From Amoebophrya sp. A120 (Eukaryota; Protista; Dinoflagellata): a DNA stretch of 64,000 nucleotides. Position numbers and translations under genes: made by a program. A model generated the notes under the pieces. It saw only the letters and a list, made by a program, of their open reading frames with translations, was not told where the DNA came from and did not search any database. Positions 35,701 through 46,053 of this stretch are shown here, one piece after another. The stretch lies in assembly GCA_905178155.1 (NCBI GenBank), contig CAJINV010000004.1, forward strand, positions 528,969 through 592,968, written 5' to 3'. The first letter of the stretch is position 1. Each line of letters starts with the position of its first letter.

Positions 35701-38700
35701 TGAACACCCCGTCGACGGAGACGGCCAGTAGCATTGCGGCGATGCATATTCATTGCAAATATGTCTGGGTCTGGAGAAGTGCCAGGTTTGTCATGCATAT
35801 TTTCCATGACCCATGATGTCTATGATGCATGCCCTAGCGTCACAGATTCTGCGAGGACTTTCTGATGCTTATACCGCATGAGAGACGCCCTCTCCGCGTA
35901 GCAAACACTGGACCCTTTTTGCTGTTCATGCAATACAGATCTCATGTAGGATCCAAAGGTAGCATCACAAGTTGCTTCCTTCCCACCAAGACATATTTGC
36001 AGTGCATAATGCAGTCGGTGGTCGATGCCATGAAGAACGGCACGCAGTACTACTTCAATAGCGATCCGGCCTTGAGCTTCGCGTATGAAAGCCTCAGGTT
36101 GGAAATCCTCAAAGTGGAAATGATTTGTAATGCAAAAAAACGACTCCAGCTGAAGCGCCATTTGTAGTCGGCGCATGACAAATTTCCCGGGCACTTAAAG
36201 CATGTCTGTCATGCAGGTTAAGGCAAAGGGGTGTCCTTCTCTCGTGCTAAGCAGCACTCCAATTCTTTACCCCTAGCAGGACAATAGTCGGCCTCCATTT
36301 TCGCGTCCTCTGCAATACAGGCTTTTTTGCTTCGCATTTCATGCATCACAAATCATTTTCACTCTGAGGATTTCCATTCTGAGGCTTTCATATCGCGATG
36401 AGCGACCTGACGCAGTTCGAGGTGGCCGCGGCGTCGAACCAGTCCGCCAGCGTGACTTTAGCCGACATTGACGTCACGTATACCGCGCAAGTGCCCTCCG
36501 GGCAAGCTCTGTCCGACTACGAAACGAGGTGGCCGGATCCGGATTTATCCACGGACCAGCAGGATCTGTTGAAGCAGTACATCAATGAGAGCAGCACTAT
36601 GGCATCGAACCCGGATATCACGGTGAGTAGCGCAGATATTGTGAGTCAGCCGAGTCCAACGACGACCACGACGACCTCAACTAGTACGACTACGACTACC
36701 AGTACCACGACAACAACGTCGACAACCACCACAACAACGAGTACTAGTACGACAACGACCGAAGCAAGTACGAGTACCACCCAGGCTGCCACGACAACTC
36801 AAGCTGCTACAAGTACTGATGCTTCGAATACTACGACGGAAGCGCCAACCACTCAAGCTGCTACTACTGCTGCTTCGAATGCTACGACGGAGGCGCCGAC
36901 GACTCAAGCTGCTACTACTGTTGCTTCGAATGCTACAACGGAGGCGCCAACGACTCAAGCAGCGACGACGCAGGCACCCAATACAACTACCGAAGCCCCG
37001 ACCACCGCAGCTGCGACAACGCAGGCACCCAATACAACTACCGAGGCCCCAACAACCGCAGCTGCGACAACGCAGGCACCCAATACAACTACCGAGGCCC
37101 CGACCACGACTGCAGCAACGACGGTGGCCGCGACGACGGTGGCAGCTGCAACCACCGCCGCTGCAACCACAGCAGCCGCCACAACCGCTGCTGCAACGAC
37201 TACCGCGCTGCCGACTTTACAGTTCGGAGGCTCGGTGGCCTGTTCGGGGGACCCGCAGACCTGTGCCTCGGACCCGGACCTGGTCAGTGCCATGAAGCAG
37301 GGGACGGCCACGTATTTGGCGAATTCGCTCCCGGGCACCACGGCGGCCGACCTGCAGAACTTCCAGCTGACGGTGACCAACACGTCCATGTTCTTGCTGG
37401 AGTTTGAGTTCTCCTACGGCACACAAAGAGCGGACGTGGACGTCGTCGCCTCGTTTCAAATCGCCGTGCCGGCAAACGAGACGGCGGCACTAGATCAGGC
37501 GTTCCCGGCGGCCGGATTGGACAGCGCGGCGTTGAACAGCCTGAGCAGTGTATCGTAAGGAAAAATCCCCCCTCCCCATATTGAAAGTGCATCCATCTGA
37601 AAATTTGTGATGCAGATTTGAATTTGTGACGACCACAAGTCGCGTCTGTCTTGCAAGGAGGCAAGTCCAGGCCGCCCGGCACGTTGTGCAGGCGATTTGT
37701 AACGTCGTAGGGCCTACAGGGCAGCCGTCTATCATGCTAGGCGCCTACACCCAAAGCCCCTACCTAGGCTTGCGAGCTGCGTGCGGAGCTCTACTGCAGC
37801 ACAGATTTGGTTTGTGTACTGAAATACAGCGCCACAAATTTCGTTTTTGATATGGGATGGGGGCTTGTTTCGCTTTGATACAGTGCGGTTACCAGTGCGG
37901 TCTCTGCGGCTGCGATCCCGGGAATCGCTGTGAACTCTCTGAGCAGCATGCCATATGCATTGCAAAAGTATCATGTTCATACTACGTTGCAAAAATTTCT
38001 GTTTTGGAGTTTACCGGGTACGCGGTTAAGAGTTTGTCGACGTAATTTACAAAGGGACGCCCTGCCCTTAGTTTCCCAACATGACAAATTTTGGAAGAAG
38101 AAAAAATGCAATTTCTTGTAGTGTTGATATAGGTAAATAACAAACTAGATTTGTCATGCTGTGCTGCACTTAGTACGAGTTTGCGAAGATACTTTTGCAA
38201 AGCATATACCACGGCCGACGACGACGGCCCCGCCAGCAGCAACGACGCAGGCTATCCAAGAAAAAACACCCATCCACATCCAATTTGTCATGCAAAACAT
38301 GCATAAAATTCTGTATTTGTCATGCAAAAAATGGATGTTGATGGGTGTTTTTTCCGTGGATACAGGCCGCGGCGACCACACAAGCCCTAGCGGCAAACAC
38401 GACGGAAGCGCCCACGACCACAGAAGCTCCTACCACGTATTGTGAGGAAAAATCCCCCCTCCCCATACCAAAACGGGATACTTCAGAAAATTTATGATGC
38501 TGATTTCGGGCCACAAATCGTCTCTGTATTGCCAGAAGGCAAATCCAAAGGCCTGGCCGCGTTCTGCCGGCAATTTGTAATGCTGTATGGCCTACGGCGG
38601 ATATGTCTGCATTGCTAAGCGCCTCCGCAAAAACGCCCCTACTCCGGCCTTGTATCAGTTACAGTTTGCAGTCCTCTACTGCAAGACAAATCCGATTTGT

Positions 38701-41700
38701 GTACACAAATGAATCCCGCATCACAGATTTCCATCTCGATATAGGGAGGGAGATTTTTCCTTTTGATACCACGGAGGCACCAACCACAGTGGCGGTCGTG
38801 GCGAACACCACAGTCGCGCCGGCAACTACGACGGGCATGCCACCTGCGACGACCACAGCAGCTCCTGCTCCGCCGGCGGCAAATATGACGAAGTATCAAC
38901 TGCAAAAATGTCTGGTTCTGGAAGATTGCAACTTGTAAATGCTGTTTTTGGACTGTAAAAACAATTTGTATTGCATGACCAGCAAGATGAGGGGTACGCT
39001 TACACTTTTTGCTTCACGGGCAGGGCATTATTTCTCATGCGGACAGTGCATCAGGAAGCCCTCTGAAAGTCTGAGACGCTAGGTTGTGCATTACAGGCAT
39101 CATGTGTCATGAGAAATATGCATGACAAATCTTGCATTTTTCCAGACCCAGACACTTTTGCATTTGATACGAAGCTGTTCCGGGCAATCTCGGTGGATCT
39201 CGAGATTCCATCCAGCATGACGGCAGACCAGTTGGCCCAGGATCCGGACTTTATGTTGGCCATCCAAGAAACCTACAGCAGCTATCTAGAGACGCAGATC
39301 GGGGCGGCTGGGCACAACGCGGGGGCGGTGAAGGTCGAGCCGACGGACGTGATGGACATTGTGGTCACGGTTCTGGGTGCCGCGACGCCTTTTCTCTTCT
39401 TGCAGACCGGCATGGAAAGTGAGATGGACATGGAAGAGGCTGTGTACGCGCAAGAAAATTCGATGTCTACACAGCTGGTGCGACAGTCAAAAACCCAAGC
39501 GGAAGAAAAGACGTTGACGGCTGGCAAAAGCAAGCACAAAAAAGCTGAAGCCGGCCACAAAAGCAAGAAGCACCGGCAGCACCATAAGAAGCAGGGCAAC
39601 AAGGGGAAGACAACAAGTAGTAAGAGTACGAAAGAACAATCCTCGGAGAACAATTACGAGTCGGGCGCCTTGTTGAATCTGCAGCAAGCGAAGCGCTCCC
39701 AGCCGGTAACCCTGCAGGTGAACGCCAATGTCCAGGTGCCGAACACGCTCTATGCATTGTAAAAGTGTCTGGGTCTGGGAGATTCTGAGACTTGTCATGC
39801 ACGTTTTGCATGAGCCATGATGTCTGTGATGCATGCCGTAGCATCACAGGGCTTTCGAGACGTTCGTGATGCCTGTTTCGCATGACAAATGCCCTGTCCG
39901 CGTAGCAAAAATTACTATTACATTCCCTTTGCTACTCATGGTCATGCAATACAAATTTTTTTGGAATCCAAATGCAGCATCACAAGTTGGGTTCTTCCAG
40001 ACCCAGACATTTTTGCATTTGATACGCTCTCCGCCGTGGCCAACGCAGCCTGGACCGCCACGGCCCCGCCTTCGAGTTTGATGACCGGACTTTTGACCGC
40101 CAATCTGCAGTCAAAATCGGGCTTGTCCACAATCACCGTGACTGGTATCAACTACGCCACAACGACCACCACCTCAACCTCGACCATGGCCACGTTTCCG
40201 CCCACAACTCTGCCCCCACCTACGACACTACCAGTCGCGGTAACAACTACAACCACGACGACCACGACCACAACGACGACCACCACGACGACCACGACCA
40301 CGACGACAACCACTACTACGACGGCGACGAGCATCCCGAACTGGGTGGCGTCGCTGTTCCGGCTCGTCAAGGGTGCGCTGAAGAACCAGACCCCGGTATC
40401 CTGTGTAAAAACGTCTCCATCCCAGAGGTGTCATGCAGATTTGCGATCACAGGAAGATTTGTAGTGCGCATCTCCATGAGAGGCATTTCCAATCGCATTT
40501 TGGAATTTGTAATGCTGTAAAGGAATGAGCAGACGGATTTGTGATGCTGCTGAACTAGCTAAACAGGACTACACAACTACGAAGCCAAACTTGTCATGCG
40601 CAGCAGCCAAAGGTTGTCGATTTGTCTTGCAGATTTCCCAACTTGAGTATGAGGTGTGAACGTTTTTACAAATGATACCCGGGGCCGGCCCCTACGGTGA
40701 TTCCAATTCCGGCACCTGCACCGGCGCCGTTGCCGCCTCCGCCGGCACCGATGATTTTCCCCGACAACGGGGGGTCAGCGGCGGCGTCCGCGTCTGCAGA
40801 AGCGTTTAAGTCCTTGTCGAGCGCGATGGCCAGTATGATGACGAACCAGGCGAACAAACCCACACCGCCGCAGCCGAATATCAACATTACAATTGGAAGC
40901 GGTAGTACTTTCTTGGATTTTTCATAAATGCAGTTTCTATTTCTACTTGTGAAAGCACTCTAATAGTTGTACGTGGTTATTTCCGTTTCTCACCTGCGTT
41001 GTAATATAGTATGCCGCAACTACCCAGATCGTTAGAGATCATAGAAATATCAATACAACAGACGCACTGAACCCGAATTCGCAGTCTGGCGGATCGAGCC
41101 CCGACCCTAGCAAGCAGCAGGGGGTGAACATTCCGCAGAGTCTGCAGGTCTACGGTGGCGGCCCGAACCCCGGCGTGTCTTACCAAGCGAACCTGCGCGG
41201 CCGGCGCCGACGCGCGCAACAGCAGCAGCCTTTGGTGATCAACAACGGTCCGCTCCCCTACGTCCCCCCGGGCGGGAATTATCCACCACTGGTGAGCGGC
41301 GGCGTACCGGCCTACCCGCCGTACCCGTTTGTCTACCCCGGCGGGGGTGCCCCGGTAGCGACGCAGCAGTCGAGCGGAGGAGCAGCTCCGGTGTCCCAGA
41401 CGCAGCAAGTCGGCGGCACGTCTTTCCAGCCAGCGCAGCAAGTCGTTCCTATGGCTGCACCTATCGAAGTGAAAAAAGCCCCCACCCCATATCGGAAACG
41501 AAAGGTGCGCGAATTTGTGGTGCTGTATTTGAGTACATAAATCGACTTGTATTGCTAGAAGGCCAATAGACGAAGCTGCGGCCTAAATTGCAGGTAGTCT
41601 GTCATGCTGTTTCCCCCTTCCAGTTGCCTCCTGTCATCTTGGAGCTGCAAGGCTTTCCCACGCTGGGCAGCACTACAGTCCGCAACTTTTGCCTTCTAGC

Positions 41701-44563
41701 ATCACAAAGCTGATTTGTGGCCACAAATCTGCATCACAGATTTCCGTTTTGATATGGGGAGGGGGCATTTTTCATTGTGATAGCACCCCCGATTACAACG
41801 ACAGGTGGCGGTGGCGGCGCAGTGGCCGTGGCGCAGGCACCGCCGGCCGCCCCACCTATGAGAGTGCACAACTGCCCCCCCTCATTTGTATTGCATGAAC
41901 AGCAATACAAACACCACCACACGTGGAGCCTGTGCATGACAGATTCATGCGCCTAGTGTAGTACGGTTTGGGCTTCGGAATCTGTGACGCAAAGAGTGCC
42001 ACAGGGAAGCCCTTGGATTTGGGGTTTTGCATGACAAACAAGGTCCGAGCACGGGGACAGAGTCCCCGTGCGACGACCTTCCGGCATTTGCCTGCCTGCG
42101 CGGTGGCACTGGGCCGCAGGCAGGTCGCCTGCAGCTGGGTATCTCGGTGCGCCTTGCATTCACTGACCCGCGACGGGCCTGCGGACGCGGCTCCCTTGCT
42201 TGCGCGCACTAGGTCCGTTAGCCTGCCGCGCGCAAAGATAATGAAAAAGAAAAGAAGAAACTGGCGCCGGGTGCGGGTCTGGAGCGAGCCGGCCTGCAAG
42301 TCATGACGCGGCGGCAGAATCCCCGCACTGCGTGGTGTCCGGAGAGTGTTCGTAGCTAGCCCCTAGGCCATGACGCGGGGACCGAGTCCCCGCGCTGGCC
42401 TAGGGCTTTCGCCCCTTGGCCGCACGGTGTCCGGGAAGCACTTGCAGCTGACCCCTAGGCCATGACGCGGGGACCGAGTCCCCGCGCTGGCCTAGGGCTT
42501 TCGCCCCTTGGCCGCACGGTGTCCGGGAAGCACTTGCAGCTGACCCCTAGGCCATGACGCGGGGACCGAGTCCCCGCGCTGGCCTAGGGCTTTCGCCCCG
42601 TGGCCGCACGGTGTCCGGGAAGCACTTGCAGCTGACCCCTAGGCCATGACGCGGGGACCGAGTCCCCGCGCTGGCCTAGGGCTTTCGCCCCGTGGCCGCA
42701 CGGTGTCCGGGAAGCACTTGCAGCTGACCCCTAGGCCATGACGCGGGGACCGAGTCCCCGCGCTGGCCTAGGGCTTTCGCCCCGTGGCCGCACGGTGTCC
42801 GGGAAGCACTTGCAGCTGACCCCTAGGCCATGACGCGGGGACCGAGTCCCCGCGCTGGCCTAGGGCTTTCGCCCCGTGGCCGCACGGTGTCCGGGAAGCA
42901 CTTGCAGCTGACCCCTAGGCCATGACGCGGGGACCGAGTCCCCGCGCTGGCCTAGGGCTTTCGCCCCGTGGCCGCACGGTGTCCGGGAAGCACTTGCAGC
43001 TGACCCCTAGGCCATGACGCGGGGACCGAGTCCCCGCGCTGGCCTAGGGCTTTCGCCCCGTGGCCGCACGGTGTCCGGGAAGCACTTGCAGCTGACCCCT
43101 AGGCCATGACGCGGGGACCGAGTCCCCGCGCTGGCCTAGGGCTTTCGCCCCGTGGCCGCACGGTGTCCGGGAAGCACTTGCAGCTGACCCCTAGGCCATG
43201 ACGCGGGGACCGAGTCCCCGCGCTGGCCTAGGGCTTTCGCCCCGTGGCCGCACGGTGTCCGGGAAGCACTTGCAGCTGACCCCTAGGCCATTACGCGGGG
43301 ACCGAGAGAGGCCCCGCGCTGGCCTAGGGCTTTCGCCCCGTGGCCGCATGGTCCGTCTCGCGACGCGTGACAGACTGGGCTTCGGGGCCAAACCTCGCAT
43401 GACAAAGTCCGAAAGTTTGGCCGGGGTGTGTCCGAAAGTCTGCCCGGGGTGTGTCCGAAAGTCTGCCCGGGGTGTGTCCGGGGTGTGTCTGGGGTATGTT
43501 CGGACTTTTTGCCTGGGGTGTGTTCGGGGGTCTGTCTGGGGTATGTCTGGGGTGTGTCTGGGGTGTGTCTGGGGTGTGTCTGGGGTATGTTTATACCCCA
43601 CCTTCTGCGTTTTCGCCAAAAATGTGTATTCAGGTCGTGACTGACTGCCATTTGCATACCCCTGACACACCCCCGAACATACCCCCGAGCATACCCCTCG
43701 CATGCATTTTTGACCAGCTGCTGCAGTTTAGATAGTAATGAGGGAGAGGGGGGGGCTGTGCACTCTCATACCACCAATCCAGATCCCAGTTCCCGTGCCC
43801 GCACCCGCACCACCACCACAGGTCGTGCACGTGCCCTACGCGCAGCCGGTTGTGTATCAAATGTAAAAATGTCTGGGTCTGGAAGAGGAGAAGTTTGTCA
43901 TGCACATTTTCCATGATCCATGATGTCTGCGATGTATGCCGTAGCATCTTCACAGATTTTTTGAGCGCCTATCGATGCGCATCCTGCATGACAAAAGCCC
44001 TCTCGTCCGCGTAGCCAAATTTGACTCCTCTTGCTGCTGATGCAATACAGATTTTTTTAGCATCCACATGCAGCATCACAAGTTTGGTTCTTCCAGAGGA
44101 CCCAGACATATTTGCAATCCATATTGTGCAGCCCGTGCACATTCCGTACCCCGTGCCCGGACCGGTCAAGGTGACGCCGGTCCCGGTGCCAGTACCCGCA
44201 CCAGCCGGTGGAGGAGCAGGCGCGGCCGGAGGTGGACCGCAGGTTGTTGCGCCCGCGTTGGCGAACTACATGCCAAACGCAAACATCAACACGGGAGCTG
44301 CTGCACCAGCACCGAGTCCCGCTCCAGCCGGCCCGGTTGCGTCTCCCGGTGGGCCGGTCGCAGCTCCAAGCACAACGGGTAGTACTCCGTTTCTGGTAGA
44401 GAAGGGACGAAAGGTGGTGGACGTTTCTCCAGCGGAGAGCAAAGTGATCAGGCCGCATGAGGTTAGCTCTGCTAGTGCTGACAAGAACACGCCAGCCTGG
44501 GCGTCGAAGCTGATGAAGGATATCAATTTCTTAAAAAGCAGTGGAGCACCGCCGCCGCAGTAA
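23709..44563 (+). CDS. Gene 2: large secreted mucin-like protein with SEA-like repeats, a CAP/SCP/PR-1 domain, Thr-rich and Pro-rich regions (~2910 aa)
   Basis: Inferred exons: 23709-23813, 23957-24119, 24273-24343, 24556-24751, 24935-25263, 25383-25490, 25722-26066, 26340-26953, 27693-27985, 28207-28277, 28446-28834, 29010-29050, 29236-29272, 29490-29922, 30183-30232, 30396-30555, 30791-30982, 31293-31396, 32332-32432, ~32657-32825, 32983-33099, 33314-33389, 33578-34140, 34408-34468, 34683-34693, 35480-35745, 36013-36082, 36397-37549, 37885-37952, 38211-38251, 38367-38436, 38773-38892, 39174-39749, 40029-40395, 40682-40901, 41062-41460, 41787-41855, 43775-43853, 44128-44563. This uses 35 introners and 3 GT-AG introns; 8733 nt = 2911 codons. 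Basic-then-hydrophobic N-terminus. Confidence 0.8.
23815..23952. mobile_element. Degenerate introner (138 nt)
   Basis: IR gagctagcgc/gcgctagctc; DR ccgag/tcaag. Confidence 0.7.
24120..24272 (+). other. Canonical GT-AG intron (gene 2); others at 24752-24934 and 40902-41061
   Basis: GT..CAG, frame restored. Confidence 0.75.
24345..24551. mobile_element. Introner, family C-like (207 nt)
   Basis: DR ggata/ggatg. Confidence 0.82.
25265..25378. mobile_element. Degenerate introner (114 nt)
   Basis: tatcaactgcaaatac/gtatttgcaaattgata; DR lost; the +5 rule restores the frame. Confidence 0.72.
25492..25717. mobile_element. Degenerate introner (226 nt)
   Basis: gcaaaagta/tacttttgc; DR lost; the +5 rule restores the frame. 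Confidence 0.68.
26068..26335. mobile_element. Introner, family A (268 nt)
   Basis: DR cctgt. Confidence 0.92.
26955..27688. mobile_element. Old long introner, family K (734 nt)
   Basis: IR ggaaaaagc..gtcaagtct/agacttgac..gctttttcc; DR lost. Confidence 0.72.
27987..28202. mobile_element. Degenerate introner (216 nt)
   Basis: Excision gives ASVAGM..DAVKNGTW, matching the paralogous repeat. Confidence 0.72.
28279..28441. mobile_element. Degenerate introner (163 nt)
   Basis: IR atcacgaccc/gggtcgtgat; frame restored. Confidence 0.7.
28836..29005. mobile_element. Introner, family C-like (170 nt)
   Basis: DR acact. Confidence 0.85.
29052..29231. mobile_element. Degenerate introner (180 nt)
   Basis: Interrupts a poly-Thr tract; frame restored. 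Confidence 0.7.
29274..29485. mobile_element. Introner, family D (212 nt)
   Basis: DR cgacg. Confidence 0.9.
29924..30178. mobile_element. Introner, family G (255 nt)
   Basis: DR cttga; lies in the CAP domain. Confidence 0.87.
30234..30391. mobile_element. Introner, internally deleted family A-like (158 nt)
   Basis: DR agatt/agatc. Confidence 0.8.
30557..30786. mobile_element. Introner, family J (230 nt)
   Basis: DR cgttg. Confidence 0.88.
30984..31288. mobile_element. Degenerate introner (305 nt)
   Basis: gcgcaaa/tttgcgc; DR cgcag/cttgg; frame restored. Confidence 0.68.
31398..32327. mobile_element. Introner, family C-like, with nested Helentron-like insert
   Basis: tgcaaaagt/acttttgca; frame restored (L-A-L-E-K). 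Confidence 0.75.
31570..32293 (+). mobile_element. Non-autonomous Helentron/Helitron2-like element
   Basis: Asymmetric sub-terminal IR gtagtgaggtc (31570-31580) / gacctcactac (32263-32273), then hairpin ccgcc-cc-ggcgg and a T-rich end; no TSD. Confidence 0.6.
32434..32652. mobile_element. Degenerate introner (~219 nt, ends uncertain)
   Basis: Internal gcatgaca/tgtcatgc motifs; frame restored. Confidence 0.55.
32827..32978. mobile_element. Introner, family C (152 nt)
   Basis: DR tgcag. Confidence 0.93.
33101..33309. mobile_element. Degenerate introner, C-like (209 nt)
   Basis: gtgcaaaagt/acttttgcac; DR ccatg/agacg. Confidence 0.75.
33391..33573. mobile_element. Introner, family B-like (183 nt)
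   Basis: DR gacgg. Confidence 0.87.
34142..34403. mobile_element. Introner, family A (262 nt)
   Basis: DR ttccg. Confidence 0.93.
34470..34678. mobile_element. Introner, family J (209 nt)
   Basis: TIR aaaaaactgtgtaagtgtaa; DR cgacc. Confidence 0.92.
34695..35475. mobile_element. Old long introner, family K (781 nt)
   Basis: IR aaaaagctcgagtcaagtc/gacttgactcaaagcttttt; excision gives DQLDLLKQY. Confidence 0.75.
35747..36008. mobile_element. Introner, family A, reverse (262 nt)
   Basis: DR atgca. Confidence 0.92.
36084..36392. mobile_element. Introner, family E (309 nt)
   Basis: TIR tatgaaagcctcag; DR tcgcg. Confidence 0.93.
36821..37126 (+). repeat. Coding tandem repeat, 6 x 51 nt (A[SP]N[TA]TTEAPTT[QAT]AATTx)
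   Basis: Direct translation within a gene 2 exon. Confidence 0.85.
37551..37880. mobile_element. Introner, family F (330 nt)
   Basis: DR cagtg. Confidence 0.92.
37954..38206. mobile_element. Introner, C-like (253 nt)
   Basis: DR tgcca/tacca. Confidence 0.85.
38253..38362. mobile_element. Minimal introner, family H (110 nt)
   Basis: DR caggc; mostly palindromic. Confidence 0.92.
38438..38768. mobile_element. Introner, family F, reverse (331 nt)
   Basis: DR ccacg. Confidence 0.92.
38894..39169. mobile_element. Introner, family A (276 nt)
   Basis: DR cgaag. Confidence 0.93.
39751..40024. mobile_element. Introner, family A, reverse (274 nt)
   Basis: DR cgctc. Confidence 0.93.
40397..40677. 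mobile_element. Introner, family I (281 nt)
   Basis: DR cccgg; opposite orientation to 16749. Confidence 0.9.
41462..41782. mobile_element. Introner, family F (321 nt)
   Basis: DR gcacc. Confidence 0.9.
42361..43350. repeat. Tandem repeat, 92-nt unit x ~10.7, GC-rich, hairpin-forming
   Basis: Unit ccctaggccatgacgcggggaccgagtccccgcgctggcctagggctttcgccccgtggccgcacggtgtccgggaagcacttgcagctgac; copies nearly identical. Confidence 0.97.
43420..43590. repeat. Minisatellite (ggggtgtgtc[t/c])n
   Basis: Visible ~11-nt degenerate units. Confidence 0.85.
43855..44123. mobile_element. Introner, family A, reverse (269 nt)
   Basis: DR ttgtg. Confidence 0.93.
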
Positions 44564-46053
44564 CGACGAAAAAGTAAAAAGAAAGCAGGAGTCTTTTATT
44601 ACATTATGAAGAGATCGAGATCTTCAGAAAGAAACACCTAAATTTAATTTTCAGCTAGCAAAATCTTCACTTCTTATCATCTTAGATCTAGTATTACCTT
44701 TTACTTAAGCAGACGAGAAGATATCGTTGCAGATTTCAAAACGAGAAGTTGGAATTTTCAAAGATAAACGATAAGTATGTAGTTTCCCAAGGAATATGAA
44801 CTACGATGAGACGGTACTAGAAATAGAATACCAAGTACCCATTGCTTTCCATTTCCATACCTTCAGCTTCACGATCACGAAAACAATCAAAATGATTTTT
44901 ACTAAATATTTTTTTTCACCCGTTTCGCGCATTCGAGATCCAAAAGATTTGTTTCATCCTGCTATCTTGCGGATAGGAAAACTACAAAGGTAGTTGCAGG
45001 ACAATCTATGCACAGTTGCAGGCCGTAGTTGCAAAATGATCTACATAGAGATAGACACTAGAAGAATTTCCTGCTGCAATACAACGATTCTCCATGTTGA
45101 TGTTGAGTATCCGCGATCAAATGAACAATATATGATGAAGGAGGAATCACCGGCATAGCGTTGGCCTACTTTGCTGGGGGAGCAAGTGGTGAAGAATAAA
45201 TCGATTTATTTTCAATGCATCAACAACAGCAGCAGCTATGATATACAAGCGCTACTAACTCTAGCTTGCAATTGTATCTATGATTTTCAACTCGCAGGAG
45301 CATAGCAGGGAAATAAAAGAAAGAGAAAAAAATGTGGCACGCATTTACAGTGGCAATTTGGGCCTCAGTTCCTCGACATTGCAGGCCAGTCCAGTTGAAC
45401 CAAAAAGAGGACCTGTCTTGGCGTGCTCCTTCTGCTTGCTTCTTCAAAAAGTGCAAATTGGGATCGTTTGTTTTGAGGCCTGGTGATAGGGAAGACAAAG
45501 ATTCAGGTTCAGCAAAGTAGGAAAGCGAAAACATATTGCAGCGCTATCTGATATAATGTGAGGAGGCGACTTACGCATGCTTTCTGGGTGGATGTGAGGC
45601 CGTGCCGGAATCAAAATCATGGCAAGATCTAGATCATGAAGACGATTGGGTTGCATTTGTTTGTGCTGACACGACCTGAGCTGGTGGCCATTTCCGGGAG
45701 GTGAAAGCAGAATTATGTCTGGTGTGCTCTGGCAAAGCTGCAAGCCGTGTATGCGTTGAGGTTGTGGACTTCTGAGTTGGAGGAATAACAAAAGTGAAGC
45801 CCAGGTGGAGCTGGTGCAGTTGGACAGATCATGAGGATGAGGATGATGTTGTAGTCATGATCTTCTTCAACTTCAACCTTTTTCTGCTTTTTCATCTGAC
45901 GTAGAGCTCAACGTCAGCAAAGTACGACTACCAATGACAACAAGATGCAATTAGCTACCTGATAAATCGAAGTCGAAAAGATGCGGGTAAGTGCCCTACA
46001 GTTGTTTCCCTGAAAAGAAGCGGTCCGTGTGACCCGGACATCCAGATCCGGTC

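Larger units (their letters stand above)
42039..43738 (-). mobile_element. Non-autonomous Helitron-like element with internal satellites
   Basis: Inserted at A|T without TSD; the minus-strand 3' end has hairpin cacggggac-tct-gtccccgtg-like ~11 nt before CTTG. Confidence 0.6.
41857..43770. mobile_element. Introner, family D, carrying a 1.7-kb nested element
   Basis: TIR tatgagagtgcaca; DR ccacc; 214 nt without the insert. Confidence 0.9.

Noticed and set aside
279-40370. Many minus-strand ORFs with poly-Val runs, and alternative-frame His/Asp/Arg-rich ORFs
   Set aside because: They are shadows of the ACN poly-Thr codons and the GC-rich coding strand, with no independent evidence.
42361-43350. 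92-nt array as a CRISPR array or a hammerhead/retrozyme array
   Set aside because: Units are contiguous with no unique spacers and no cas genes; I found no CUGANGA core on either strand.
26955-43770. Transposase, RT or Rep-helicase within the long introns
   Set aside because: No long ORF and no DDE/RT/HUH motif recognised; all elements here look non-autonomous.
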